Below are positions 18,505 through 27,533 of a DNA stretch of 35,789 nt, piece by piece. Under the pieces are notes generated by a model. It was given only the letters and a program-made list of their open reading frames with translations. It did no database searches and was not told the origin of the DNA. Each line of letters begins with the position of its first letter. The first letter of the stretch is position 1. The stretch is from the NCBI GenBank assembly GCA_041905305.1, contig JAYRLJ010000003.1:1-35789 (forward strand). Reading direction: 5' to 3'. Source of the DNA: Hylemonella sp. Lineage in GTDB: Bacteria > Pseudomonadota > Gammaproteobacteria > Burkholderiales > Burkholderiaceae_C. The position numbers and the translations under genes are program-made.

Positions 18505-19044
18505 TCAGTAGGGTTTGAAGTAGTCGAACGGCTCCTTGCAGTCCAGGCAGCGCCAGAGCGACTTGCAGGCCGTGGAGCCAAAGTGCGAACTCTCCACGGT
18601 GTGGGTCGAGCCGCAGTGCGGGCAGGGGACAGCATGTTTTTGGCTCTCCGCCCTTGCGCGCTGGTCGCCAGGCGCTCCTTTTTCAGGAGCATTCCTGGTG
18701 ACGAAACGGATAACCTGTTCGGCCGCTGCCGGGCCTTGCGGCGGCGCGATGCCGTAGCGACGCAGCTTCTCGCGTGCTTCCGGGCCGATCCAGTCGGTGC
18801 TCCAGGCCGGCGCCAATTGGCGCGTGACGCGCGTGCGCAGGGGGTGCGGCGCCAACGCGGCGCGGATGTCGGCCTCGATCTGGTCCATCGCCGGGCAGCC
18901 GCTATAGGTGGGGGTAATCACCACCTCGACCTCGTCGCCCTCGACGCGGATGTCGCGCAGCATGCCGAGTTCGCGGATGCTGACGACCGGAATCTCGGGA
19001 TCGGGAATCCCGTCCAGGATGGCTTCGATCTCCTGCCGCTTCAC
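18505..19044 (-). CDS. paaD: Phenylacetyl-CoA epoxidase subunit D
   Basis: DPEIPVVSI, TPTYSGCPAM, YGIAPP, CPHCGS, FGSTACK and CKEPFDYFK motifs; the GTG start overlaps the paaC stop. Confidence 0.93.
   Translation of the reverse strand: MKRQEIEAILDGIPDPEIPVVSIRELGMLRDIRVEGDEVEVVITPTYSGCPAMDQIEADIRAALAPHPLRTRVTRQLAPAWSTDWIGPEAREKLRRYGIAPPQGPAAAEQVIRFVTRNAPEKGAPGDQRARAESQKHAVPCPHCGSTHTVESSHFGSTACKSLWRCLDCKEPFDYFKPY
18630..18691 (-). repeat. Short dispersed element, copy 3, in-frame inside paaD
   Basis: Minus strand reads TGCTCCTGAAAAAGGAGCGCCTGGCG...AGAGCCAAAAACATGCT, with hairpin GCTCCT/AGGAGC at 18674-18690; colinear with the element at 5464. Confidence 0.5.
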
Positions 19045-19853
19045 CAACTGGCTCCGGGGTGCTGGCGGGCCAGTCCCTGCATCTCGCCCAGCACGTAGCC
19101 CAGGTGTTCCGAATGGCGTCCGCACTTGCCCTGCGTCACATAGCCGGCCGCGGGCGGGCGCTGCAGCGTGGCTTCCTGCAGCGCGTCGTCCACCAGTGCG
19201 TCCCAGTCGGCCTGCAGCGTGGCGGGCAGCACGCCGGTGCCCTGTGCGGCTGCCGCGCTCTCCGCTTCCGAAGCAAACCAGAACTCCTGGGTGTAGGGCA
19301 TCAGGTGCTGCAGGGCAGATTGCAGGCGCTGGTGCGACTCCGCAGTCCCATCGCCCAGGCGTACCAGCCAGTCACGGCTGTGCCGCAGGTGGTAGCGCGT
19401 TTCCTTCAGCGACTTGGCGGCGATGGCGGCCAGTTCCTCATCCTTCGAGTCTTGCAGTGCTTCCCACAACAAGGCCATGTAGGCGCTGTAGAGGAAGTTG
19501 CGTGCGATGGTGGTGGCGAAGTCGCGCTCGGCGGCGGCGGCCGGCGCCAGCAGGCCCGTGCGGCTCGGGAAGTGCGGCAACTCCAGCAGCGTGTAGTTGC
19601 GGAACTCGGGCACGTCGCGGAAATAGGCCAGGCTGTCCTCGGTCAGGGCCGGTGCATCTCTCCCTTCGGCGTTGAGGCGCGCGGCAGCGTACTGGTAGAG
19701 CAGGCGCGCCTGGCCGATCAGGTCGAGGCTGACGTTGGCCATGGCCATGTCTTCCTCCAGTACCGGTGCGTGGCCGCACCATTCGGCATTGCGCTGGCCG
19801 AGGATGAGCGCGCTGTCAGCCAGTTGCAGCAGGTAGTCGACCGGGGCCTGCAT
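19041..19853 (-). CDS. paaC: Phenylacetyl-CoA epoxidase subunit C
   Basis: LADSALILGQRNAEWCGHAPVLEED, KETRYHLRHS and HSEHLGYVLGEMQ motifs. Confidence 0.95.
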   Translation of the reverse strand: MQAPVDYLLQLADSALILGQRNAEWCGHAPVLEEDMAMANVSLDLIGQARLLYQYAAARLNAEGRDAPALTEDSLAYFRDVPEFRNYTLLELPHFPSRTGLLAPAAAAERDFATTIARNFLYSAYMALLWEALQDSKDEELAAIAAKSLKETRYHLRHSRDWLVRLGDGTAESHQRLQSALQHLMPYTQEFWFASEAESAAAAQGTGVLPATLQADWDALVDDALQEATLQRPPAAGYVTQGKCGRHSEHLGYVLGEMQGLARQHPGASW

Positions 19854-20146
19854 CACATGTGGCCCACTTCGTCGGGGATGCGGTAGAAGGTCGGGTGGCG
19901 GTAGATCTTGTCGCTCGCCGGGTCAAACAGTTCGCCTTTGTCGTCCGGCGCGCTGGCGGTGATGGCGCTCGACGGGACGACCCAGATGCTCACGCCTTCC
20001 TGCCGTCGTGTGTAGACGTCACGCGCCATCTGCAGCGCCTGCGCGGCGTCGACCGCGTGCAGGCTGCCGCAATGTTTGTGTTCCAGACCCTGCTTGCTGC
20101 GGATGAAAACTTCCCACAGCGGCCATTCCTTCTGCGTGGTGCTCAT
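19853..20146 (-). CDS. paaB: Phenylacetyl-CoA epoxidase subunit B
   Basis: [31 protein letters not shown] and [10 protein letters not shown] motifs; ATG overlaps the paaA stop. Confidence 0.96.
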   Translation of the reverse strand: MSTTQKEWPLWEVFIRSKQGLEHKHCGSLHAVDAAQALQMARDVYTRRQEGVSIWVVPSSAITASAPDDKGELFDPASDKIYRHPTFYRIPDEVGHM

Positions 20147-21153
20147 GCGGCCTCCTTCATGGCGCGGCGTTGTTGTTTCTCGGCGTGGGCGAGGGCGGCA
20201 TCGCGCACCCACTGGCCATCGGTGTGGGCTTTGACCCGGGTGGCGAGGCGCTCGCGGTTGCACGGACCGTTGCCATTGACCGTGGCCCAGAACTCATCCC
20301 AGTCGATGGCACCATAGTCGTAGTGCTGGCGTTCCTCGTTCCACGTCAGGTCGGGGTCGGGCAGGCTGACGCCCAGCACCTTCGCCTGCGGCACGGTGGC
20401 ATCGACGAAGCGCTGGCGCAGGTCGTCGTTGCTGATGCGCTTGATGCCCCAACGCATGCTTTGCGCGCTGTGGGCGCTGTCGGCGTCGGCCGGGCCGAAC
20501 ATGGCCAGCACCGGCCACCACCAGCGGTTCACGGCGTCCTGCACCATGGCGCGCTGCTCCGGCGTGCCTTGCATCATGGTCAGCAGCGCCTCGTAGCCCT
20601 GGCGCTGGTGGAAGCTCTCTTCCTTGCAGATGCGGATCATGGCGCGTGCATACGGGCCGTAGGAGCAGCGGCACAGTGGGATCTGGTTCATGATCGCCGC
20701 GCCATCGACCAGCCAGCCGATGACGCCCACGTCGGCCCAGTTCAAGGTCGGGTAGTTGAAGATCGAGCTGTATTTGGCGCGGCCGCTGTGCAGCGCGTCC
20801 AGCATCTCGTCGCGCGAAGTGCCCAGCGTCTCGGCGGCGCTGTAGAGGTACAGGCCGTGGCCGCCTTCGTCCTGCACCTTGGCGATCAGGATGGCCTTGC
20901 GCTTGAGCGAGGGCGCGCGCGAGATCCAGTTGCCTTCGGGTAGCATGCCGACGATTTCGCTGTGCGCGTGCTGGCTGATCTGCCGCACCAGCGTCTTGCG
21001 GTAGGCCTCGGGCATCCAGTCTTGCGGTTCGATGCGGCCGTCACTGTTGACGGTGGCGTCGAAACGGGCTTGCGGTCCGGCCTGGGCGGTGTCGGCCAGC
21101 GCCACCGGCTTGGTGGCGCCACCATCGGGAAGATCAAGTGCCTGCGTGTACAT
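20143..21153 (-). CDS. paaA: Phenylacetyl-CoA epoxidase catalytic subunit A
   Basis: [35 protein letters not shown] and [10 protein letters not shown] di-iron motifs. Confidence 0.97.
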   Translation of the reverse strand: MYTQALDLPDGGATKPVALADTAQAGPQARFDATVNSDGRIEPQDWMPEAYRKTLVRQISQHAHSEIVGMLPEGNWISRAPSLKRKAILIAKVQDEGGHGLYLYSAAETLGTSRDEMLDALHSGRAKYSSIFNYPTLNWADVGVIGWLVDGAAIMNQIPLCRCSYGPYARAMIRICKEESFHQRQGYEALLTMMQGTPEQRAMVQDAVNRWWWPVLAMFGPADADSAHSAQSMRWGIKRISNDDLRQRFVDATVPQAKVLGVSLPDPDLTWNEERQHYDYGAIDWDEFWATVNGNGPCNRERLATRVKAHTDGQWVRDAALAHAEKQQRRAMKEAA

Positions 21154-21202
21154 GCCAGTCTCCTGCGGCGCCTTCCGGGCCCCGCTTGAGCGGCAGTATA
21201 GT

Positions 21203-21232
21203 CAATTAACCGACCGATCGGTCGGTTAATTG
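21203..21232. promoter_or_regulatory. Perfect 30-bp palindrome, probable PaaR (TetR-type) operator upstream of paaA
   Basis: CAATTAACCGACCGA|TCGGTCGGTTAATTG; abuts a minus-strand TATACT -10 at 21195-21200; the core recurs upstream of paaG. Confidence 0.8.
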
Positions 21233-21240
21233 TGCTGGGG

Positions 21241-22137
21241 TTAACCCCCGGTGTCGAGCGACCAGGTGGCGTGCCGGTCCTGCGCCAGCAAGGTGGCCAT
21301 CTGCGGCAGGGCCGCTTGCAGCGCGGCCTTGAGCGTGTGCGGCGGATTGATGATGAACATGCCGCTGGCTGGCAGCCCGGGGCGGGTCTTGCCGGTGGCC
21401 TCGGCGCCGACGGTGGCCTTGCCGCTGGACTTGACCGTCAGCGTGGCGTGCAGCCAGGGTTTGCCGGCCTTGGTGGCCAGGGTCTTGAGTCGGCGCGGCA
21501 ACTCGTGCGCCTCGGGGCGCGGGATGATGGGATACCAGATGGCGTAGCAGCCGGTCGGGAAACGCTTGAGCGCTTCGGTCACCATGTCGGCGGTACGGGC
21601 GTAATCACTCTTGATCTCGTAGCTGGGGTCGCACAGCAGCAAGGCGCGCCGCGCCGGTGGCGGCAGGAACTTGCGCGGGCCTTCAAAACCATCTTCACGC
21701 AATACCGCCACCTGACGGCCGGCGTCGAGCTGGGCCACATTGGCCGCCAGCGTCTTGGCATCGGTCGGGTGCAACTCGAACAGCTTGAGCCGGTCGTGCG
21801 GGCGCAGCAGGTGCTGGATGATGAAGGGCGAGCCCGGGTAGACGCGCCAGCTCTTCTTGGTATTGAAGTTGGCGATTACTCCCAGGTAATCCTCCAGGGC
21901 TTGGGCCAGTGCGTCCCCGTCCTGCGGCTGCAGCAGACGCTGGATACCGTCCGCGGCCTCGCCGCTGGTCTCGGTAAACTCGCTGTCGAGCCGGTACAGG
22001 CCGGCGCCGGCGTGGGTGTCCAGCACCGTCAGCGCCGTCTCCTTCTGCGTCAGGTGGCGAAGCATGGCAATCAGCGTCGTGTGCTTGAGCACATCGGCGT
22101 GGTTGCCGGCATGGAAGGCATGGCGGTAACTGAACAT
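21241..22137 (-). CDS. rlmJ: 23S rRNA (adenine2030-N6)-methyltransferase
   Basis: MFSYRHAFHAGNHADVLKH, DTHAGAGLY, YPGSP, ELHPTD, DPSYE, IWYP and SGMFIINPP motifs. Confidence 0.95.
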   Translation of the reverse strand: MFSYRHAFHAGNHADVLKHTTLIAMLRHLTQKETALTVLDTHAGAGLYRLDSEFTETSGEAADGIQRLLQPQDGDALAQALEDYLGVIANFNTKKSWRVYPGSPFIIQHLLRPHDRLKLFELHPTDAKTLAANVAQLDAGRQVAVLREDGFEGPRKFLPPPARRALLLCDPSYEIKSDYARTADMVTEALKRFPTGCYAIWYPIIPRPEAHELPRRLKTLATKAGKPWLHATLTVKSSGKATVGAEATGKTRPGLPASGMFIINPPHTLKAALQAALPQMATLLAQDRHATWSLDTGG

Positions 22138-22172
22138 AGGCGGCTATGGTAACTGCGGGCGCCGATCCAGGC

Positions 22173-22201
22173 TTGGCTGAAATAGCCGGTTTTTGTATAA
22201 T
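22173..22201 (+). promoter_or_regulatory. Sigma70 promoter of rplM-rpsI
   Basis: TTGGCT (22173-78), 17-nt spacer, TATAAT (22196-22201). Confidence 0.7.
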
Positions 22202-22325
22202 GGTGGGCTTCGCAGCGCTTTTGTGGCCCCGCGGCGAAGGCATTCCATCCCACCTAAGAGATTCCCATCAGAGGAAAACCGACCGTGGAATAGGGCCGCC
22301 CAAACCCTCTTTCAAGAGAAAACTC

Positions 22326-22757
22326 ATGACCAAAACGTTCAGCGCCAAACCCGCTGACGTGAAGCACGAGTGGTTTGTGATTGACGCGACCGACAAGGTC
22401 CTCGGACGAGTAGCCAGCGAAGTTGCTCTCCGTTTGCGCGGCAAACACAAGGCCATTTACACGCCTCACGTCGATACCGGTGACTTCATTGTCATCATCA
22501 ACGCAGCCAAGCTGCGTGTGACCGGCACCAAGGAACTCGACAAGGTGTACTACCGTCACTCCGGTTTCCCGGGCGGTATCTATGCCACCAACTTCCGTGA
22601 CATGCAGGCCAAGCATCCTGGCCGCGCTCTCGAGAAGGCCGTCAAGGGCATGCTGCCCAAGGGCCCGCTCGGCTACGCCATGATCAAGAAGCTCAAGGTG
22701 TACGGTGGTGCCGAGCACCCGCACACCGCCCAGCAACCCAAAGTGTTGGAAATCTAA
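22326..22757 (+). CDS. rplM: 50S ribosomal protein L13
   Basis: [35 protein letters not shown] and AVKGMLPK motifs. Confidence 0.98.
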   Translation: MTKTFSAKPADVKHEWFVIDATDKVLGRVASEVALRLRGKHKAIYTPHVDTGDFIVIINAAKLRVTGTKELDKVYYRHSGFPGGIYATNFRDMQAKHPGRALEKAVKGMLPKGPLGYAMIKKLKVYGGAEHPHTAQQPKVLEI

Positions 22758-22768
22758 GGAGCCTTGAG

Positions 22769-23161
22769 ATGATTGGTGAATGGAACAATGGCACCGGCCG
22801 TCGCAAGTCCAGCGTCGCCCGCGTGTTTCTGAAAAAAGGCACCGGCAAGATCACGGTCAACGGCAAGGATATCCAGGAATACTTCGGCCGCGAGACCTCG
22901 ATCATGATCGCCAAGCAGCCGCTCGTGCTGACCAACCATGCCGAAACCTTCGACATCCAGGTCAACGTGCACGGCGGCGGTGAGTCCGGCCAGGCCGGCG
23001 CCACCCGCCACGGCATCACCCGTGCCCTGATCGATTACGACGCCTCGCTCAAGCCCGCGCTGAGCCAGGCCGGCTTCGTGACGCGCGATGCGCGTGAAGT
23101 CGAGCGTAAGAAGGTCGGCCTGCACTCCGCACGCCGTCGCAAGCAGTTCAGCAAGCGTTAA
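22769..23161 (+). CDS. rpsI: 30S ribosomal protein S9
   Basis: [32 protein letters not shown] and QFSKR motifs. Confidence 0.98.
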   Translation: MIGEWNNGTGRRKSSVARVFLKKGTGKITVNGKDIQEYFGRETSIMIAKQPLVLTNHAETFDIQVNVHGGGESGQAGATRHGITRALIDYDASLKPALSQAGFVTRDAREVERKKVGLHSARRRKQFSKR

Positions 23162-23180
23162 TTTCACAGCAAGTTTCGCC

Positions 23181-23242
23181 TGCTGCAATTTGTTGCAGCA
23201 CAACGGCCGCCAGGATGGAAATTCTGGCGGCCGTTGTCATTT
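23181..23242 (+). terminator. Tandem hairpins after rpsI, probable terminator
   Basis: TGCTGCAA/TTGCAGCA (23181-23200), then a 14-bp stem ACAACGGCCGCCAG/CTGGCGGCCGTTGT (23200-23237) with a weak T tail. Confidence 0.6.
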
Positions 23243-23265
23243 CCGACTGCTAGACTCCCCCTTCC

Positions 23266-23994
23266 ATGAGATTTCGTCTGCTGCGTCGCCGCCTCACCAT
23301 CAGTGCCCCGCGCATGGCCGTGCGCAGCGCGCTGCCGTGGCCCTTCCGCTGGGCCGTGGTGGCCATCGTGCTGGGGTTTTGCGCCGCCATCGGCCTGTGG
23401 GCCTTCGAGTTCGGCAAGGACATTGCCGGTATTGACGGGGGCAGCAGCGAGAAGCTGGTCCAGCTGCGCTCGGAGGTGGAGGCGCTGCGGCAACAGCTTG
23501 CCGCCGTGAAGGAGGAGCGCGACAAGGCGTTGTCGGTGGCCAATACGTCGGCGACCCTGCTGACCACGGAAAAGGCCGCACAGGAACGGCTGACGGCGCT
23601 CAACAAGCAGCTGGAGGCTGAAAACCGCGGCTTGCGGGATGACCTGGGCTTCTTCGAAAAGCTGATTCCGACCGGGGGCAGTGAATCCTTGGCCATCCGA
23701 GGACTGCAGGCGGAGTTGCAGGACGGGCGTCAACTAAAATGGCAGGTTCTGGTGATCCAGCCGCTCAAGAATGCACCCGAGTTCAATGGCCGCCTGGAGT
23801 TGAGCTTCACGGGACTGCAGGGTGGCAAGCCCTGGACGGCGCCCTTACCTGCGGGTCCCCAGGTCCTCAAGTTCCGCCAGTACGGGCGGGTCGAGGGGGT
23901 GTTTGAATTGCCGCCCCAGACTGTGGTCAAGGGTGTTTCCGCCAAAGTCATGGACGGCGCGGTGACCAAGGCCGTGCAGTCGATCAAGTTGTAG
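23266..23994 (+). CDS. Single-pass membrane protein with coiled coil (DUF6776-like, uncharacterised)
   Basis: Basic N-terminus, one TM segment, a long heptad coiled coil, LRDDLGFFEKL, and C-terminal FRQYGRVEG; sits upstream of bactofilin and erpA. Confidence 0.75.
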   Translation: MRFRLLRRRLTISAPRMAVRSALPWPFRWAVVAIVLGFCAAIGLWAFEFGKDIAGIDGGSSEKLVQLRSEVEALRQQLAAVKEERDKALSVANTSATLLTTEKAAQERLTALNKQLEAENRGLRDDLGFFEKLIPTGGSESLAIRGLQAELQDGRQLKWQVLVIQPLKNAPEFNGRLELSFTGLQGGKPWTAPLPAGPQVLKFRQYGRVEGVFELPPQTVVKGVSAKVMDGAVTKAVQSIKL

Positions 23995-24017
23995 TTTCCA
24001 TCTAGGAGGAGCCGGAC

Positions 24018-24413
24018 ATGTTCAACAAGAAAAAGCAGCCCCCGATCAAGAGCCTGATTGCTGAGGGCAGCCAGATTGACGGCACCCTGACGTTCTCCGA
24101 TGGTCTGCGCATCGACGGCAAGGTGATCGGTGATGTCAATGCCAACAATGACCAGCCCAGCATCCTGGTGATTTCCGAGACAGCTTCGGTGGTCGGCGAG
24201 ATCCATGCCGATCACGTCATCATCAACGGCAGTGTGAAGGGACCGGTCTACGCCCGCCTGATGCTGGAGCTGCAGCCCAAGGCAAATATCGAGGGGGACG
24301 TGCATTACAGCGCGCTGGAGATGCACCAGGGCGCAATCATTGCCGGCCAACTGTGTCCGGTCGGCACGGTGGAAGACAAGCCCACCCTGAAGCTGGCGGC
24401 CAACAACGAATAA
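24018..24413 (+). CDS. Bactofilin (polymer-forming cytoskeletal protein, CcmA family)
   Basis: SLIAEGSQIDGTL, LRIDGKVIGDV, VIINGSVKG and IEGDV beta-helix repeats; MFNKKK N-terminus; AGGAGG RBS. Confidence 0.92.
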   Translation: MFNKKKQPPIKSLIAEGSQIDGTLTFSDGLRIDGKVIGDVNANNDQPSILVISETASVVGEIHADHVIINGSVKGPVYARLMLELQPKANIEGDVHYSALEMHQGAIIAGQLCPVGTVEDKPTLKLAANNE

Positions 24414-24425
24414 GCCGCCGCCTGA

Positions 24426-24450
24426 ATTCCTGAGCGAAATGGTGTACTAT
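24426..24450 (+). promoter_or_regulatory. Candidate IscR type-1 site upstream of erpA
   Basis: ATTCCTGAGCGAAATGGTGTACTAT matches 19 of 25 positions of ATASYYGACTRWWWYAGTCRRSTAT. Confidence 0.55.
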
Positions 24451-24480
24451 TCGCTCAATTCGTCTTAATTGGAGTCCTCC

Positions 24481-24846
24481 ATGAGTGCCGTCGCCGACAA
24501 CATCCAGTCCGAGATGCCTGCCCCGATTTTGTTCACCGACAGCGCCGCCGCCAAGGTGGCTGAGCTGATCGCTGAAGAGGGCAATCCTGATCTCAAGCTG
24601 CGCGTCTTCGTGCAAGGCGGTGGCTGCTCCGGCTTCCAGTATGGTTTCACCTTCGATGAGGTGGCCAATGACGATGACACCACCATGACCAAGAATGGCG
24701 TCTCCCTGCTGATCGACGCCATGAGTTACCAGTACCTAGTGGGTGCCGAGATCGACTACAAGGAAGACCTGCAGGGGGCCCAGTTCGTGATCAAGAATCC
24801 GAACGCCACCACCACCTGCGGTTGCGGTTCCTCGTTCTCCGTTTGA
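24481..24846 (+). CDS. erpA: Iron-sulfur cluster insertion protein ErpA
   Basis: [19 protein letters not shown] and [15 protein letters not shown] motifs. Confidence 0.95.
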   Translation: MSAVADNIQSEMPAPILFTDSAAAKVAELIAEEGNPDLKLRVFVQGGGCSGFQYGFTFDEVANDDDTTMTKNGVSLLIDAMSYQYLVGAEIDYKEDLQGAQFVIKNPNATTTCGCGSSFSV

Positions 24847-24859
24847 ACGGTGATCCGGC

Positions 24860-25966
24860 TCAGGCCGGGTAGACCGCTCCCAGCACACGGGCGCCTTGGG
24901 CGCCCGTGACGCTTTGGAGGCTGCCGGGCTGTCGATGCAGGGTCCTGCAGGCCAGCCAGGCAAAGGCGGCGGCCTCCACCTGGAGTGGCGGCAGTCCAGC
25001 CTGCGCTGAAGAAACGACCGACCAAGAAGGCAGCAGGGCCTGCAGTCGCTGCATCAGGTAGGTATTGAGGGCGCCACCGCCACAGACGATGAGTCGACGC
25101 CCGCCATTTGCGTGGCGCTGCACATCAGCCGCGCAAGCCCGGGCGGTCAGTTCGGTCAAGGTGGCCTGCACATCCGCTGCCGCCACGGCAGGGAAGGGCT
25201 GCAACTTGGCGTTCAGCCACGCTGGGTTGAAGAGGTCGCGGCCGGTGCTTTTCGGAGGAGGCAGTGACAGATAGGGTTCGCTCAACAAGGCGTGCAGCAG
25301 CGTCTCGTTCACACGGCCGCTAGCCGCCCAGCGGCCTTCGGCGTCGAAGGGCTGGCCGGTGTGCTGCCGACACCACGCGTCCATGAGGGCGTTGCCAGGC
25401 CCGCAATCGAAGCCGAGCACGCCGGTCCCGTGCAGCACCGACAGATTGGCGATGCCACCGATGTTGAGCACGGCGACGGTCTGGCCCGTTTGCCCGAACA
25501 CAGCCTGATGGAAGGCGGGCACCAAAGGGGCCCCCTGGCCTCCGGCGGCGACGTCGCGGCTGCGAAAGTCGGCCACAACATCGATCCCGGTCAGCTCGGC
25601 GAGCAAGGCCGGGTTGTTGAGCTGCAAGGTGTAGCCGATGCCGTCGAACTCTCCGGGGCGGTGACGGACCGTCTGCCCATGGGCGCCAATGGCTCGCACG
25701 GAGGAGGGGGTGAGCGAGGCGGCATGCAGCAGTTCGTGGACTACCAGGGCGTAGCTGCGGGCCAGCGCGTTGGCGGCCAGGGCGGCCCGGTGCAACTCGT
25801 TGTCGTCCGGGGTGTTGAGGTGCAGCAACTCGGCGGCGAGCGATGCCGGGAAAGGGTGATGCACATGCTGGACGACCCGCGCATGCCCTTCATTGCAATC
25901 GGCAATCACACCGTCCACCCCGTCCAGCGAGGTGCCGGACATCAGGCCGATGTAAAGCTCAGGCAT
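24860..25966 (-). CDS. anmK: Anhydro-N-acetylmuramic acid kinase
   Basis: YIGLMSGTSLDGVD, HGQTVRH, DFRSRDVAAGGQGAPLVP, NIGGIAN and PPKSTGRD motifs. Confidence 0.96.
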   Translation of the reverse strand: MPELYIGLMSGTSLDGVDGVIADCNEGHARVVQHVHHPFPASLAAELLHLNTPDDNELHRAALAANALARSYALVVHELLHAASLTPSSVRAIGAHGQTVRHRPGEFDGIGYTLQLNNPALLAELTGIDVVADFRSRDVAAGGQGAPLVPAFHQAVFGQTGQTVAVLNIGGIANLSVLHGTGVLGFDCGPGNALMDAWCRQHTGQPFDAEGRWAASGRVNETLLHALLSEPYLSLPPPKSTGRDLFNPAWLNAKLQPFPAVAAADVQATLTELTARACAADVQRHANGGRRLIVCGGGALNTYLMQRLQALLPSWSVVSSAQAGLPPLQVEAAAFAWLACRTLHRQPGSLQSVTGAQGARVLGAVYPA

Positions 25967-25983
25967 GAACCCCCGTGTGGGAC

Positions 25984-27396
25984 TTACTGGGCCGAGCCCG
26001 GCTGCAGAGAGGCAGCAGCCAGCAACTGCTGGCGTACGGCGGCGGCCGAGCGCGTGAACAGCGGCTTGGCGGCTGCCGAGACGGGAACCGTTTCGCTCTG
26101 ACGGGCGATCGTCAGCGGATCCTGGTGGTTGCCGTTGACGCGGAATTCGTAATGCAAGTGCGGTCCGGTGGCCCAGCCGGTGGCGCCGACAGCGCCGATG
26201 TTCTGCCCCTGATTGACCGCCTGCCCGCGTTTGACGCTGATGCGGCTCAGGTGGGCGTAGACCGTGGTGTGGTTGTTGCGGTGCTTGATGAACACCACGT
26301 TGCCGAAGCCGTTCTGCACGCCGGCAAACTCGACAACGCCATCGCCCACGCTGCGTACTGGTGTGCCGACGGGCGCCGCATAGTCGACTCCCAAGTGGGC
26401 GCGCCATTGCTGCAGGATGGGGTGGAAGCGCATCTTGAAGCCACTGGTGACGCGGGAGAATTCCAGCGGTGACGCCAGATAAGCGCGACGCAGGCTTTGC
26501 CCATCCAAGGTGTAGTAACCGCCTTTGGTCAGGTTGTGCGTGGCACGCCCCGCCTCATGCACGGCGGTGGCCTGGTTGTCGGGCTCCTGGAACCACATGG
26601 CCTGGTAGGTCTTTCCGCTGTTGACAAACTCGGCACTCAGGACACGACCAGCACGCAAGGGTTCGCCATCACCCTCCAGCGTTTCATAGACCACCGAGAA
26701 GCGGTCGCCTTTGCGCAGGGAGCGGTGGAAGTCAATGTCGCCGGAGAAGATCTCGGCAATCTGGATGGCAATCGCGTCCGGGATGCGGGCGTCATCGGTG
26801 GCCGCAAACAGCGAACTGCGGATCACGCCGCTGGCCATGCGGGTCGACGCCGTCAACGGAGCGGTCTCCAGCCGGGAGCTGAAGCCATTGGGCTGCTTCT
26901 CGATCACCAGGCGTGTGAAGCGGCCATCGTCTTCCGGGCTCCAGCGTGCGGTCAGCTTGACCAGGGTGTTGCTGTCACTGGCCTCCACAGTCACGCTGCG
27001 GCCGACACGGCCCAGCAACGTTTTCTGGGCATGGACATCCGCGCGCAGGAAGGCCGCGGCGGCCGGGTCGTTGATGCCCAAGCGCTTGAGCAGGGTGTCG
27101 GCCGTATCGGTCGAGCGCGTGAGATCGGAGCGGAACAGGTTGAAGCGGTGGAGGTCCAGCACCTCGGCCTGGGGCTGCAGCGCCAGCGGAGTCACGGCCT
27201 CGCGCACCTCGCGCACCGGCAGCTGTTCGGCATCCGGTCCCAGCGACACCACGGCCGCCGCCACGGCGTAGGCGCCGCCGCCGCCGAGCAGCAGGGCGGC
27301 AGCCACAGCGCCCATGACCCGTTTCGGGTGGCGCTCGACCCATTGCCCCGCGAGGTTTAAAAAGGTGCTACCAGCGGTGATCAGACCGTTTTCCAA
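25984..27396 (-). CDS. M23 family peptidoglycan endopeptidase (MepM/YebA-like)
   Basis: N-terminal TM segment, HLGVDY (HxxxD), YAHLS and GPHLHYE motifs. The TTG start at 27396 is tentative. Confidence 0.9.
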   Translation of the reverse strand: MENGLITAGSTFLNLAGQWVERHPKRVMGAVAAALLLGGGGAYAVAAAVVSLGPDAEQLPVREVREAVTPLALQPQAEVLDLHRFNLFRSDLTRSTDTADTLLKRLGINDPAAAAFLRADVHAQKTLLGRVGRSVTVEASDSNTLVKLTARWSPEDDGRFTRLVIEKQPNGFSSRLETAPLTASTRMASGVIRSSLFAATDDARIPDAIAIQIAEIFSGDIDFHRSLRKGDRFSVVYETLEGDGEPLRAGRVLSAEFVNSGKTYQAMWFQEPDNQATAVHEAGRATHNLTKGGYYTLDGQSLRRAYLASPLEFSRVTSGFKMRFHPILQQWRAHLGVDYAAPVGTPVRSVGDGVVEFAGVQNGFGNVVFIKHRNNHTTVYAHLSRISVKRGQAVNQGQNIGAVGATGWATGPHLHYEFRVNGNHQDPLTIARQSETVPVSAAAKPLFTRSAAAVRQQLLAAASLQPGSAQ

Positions 27397-27533
27397 ATGA
27401 CAACCCGAGAGATGTAAGGTGCGGCCTGATCGGCAGGCGCAGCACCTCCGAAGGTGCGGCACACTAAAATCCGGCGCAGTGGCAAATGGCAAGTATAGCC
27501 CGCGCAGCCCCCCTGGCATCTGGAAAAACCCTT

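Noticed and set aside
21203-21232. Palindrome read as an rlmJ terminator or a CRISPR/att repeat
   Set aside because: It has no loop or U-tract, no spacer array and no nearby integrase; recurrence before paaG fits an operator better.
22277-22285. AACCGACCG half-site of the paa operator in the rplM leader
   Set aside because: Only one half-site with no dyad partner; likely chance.
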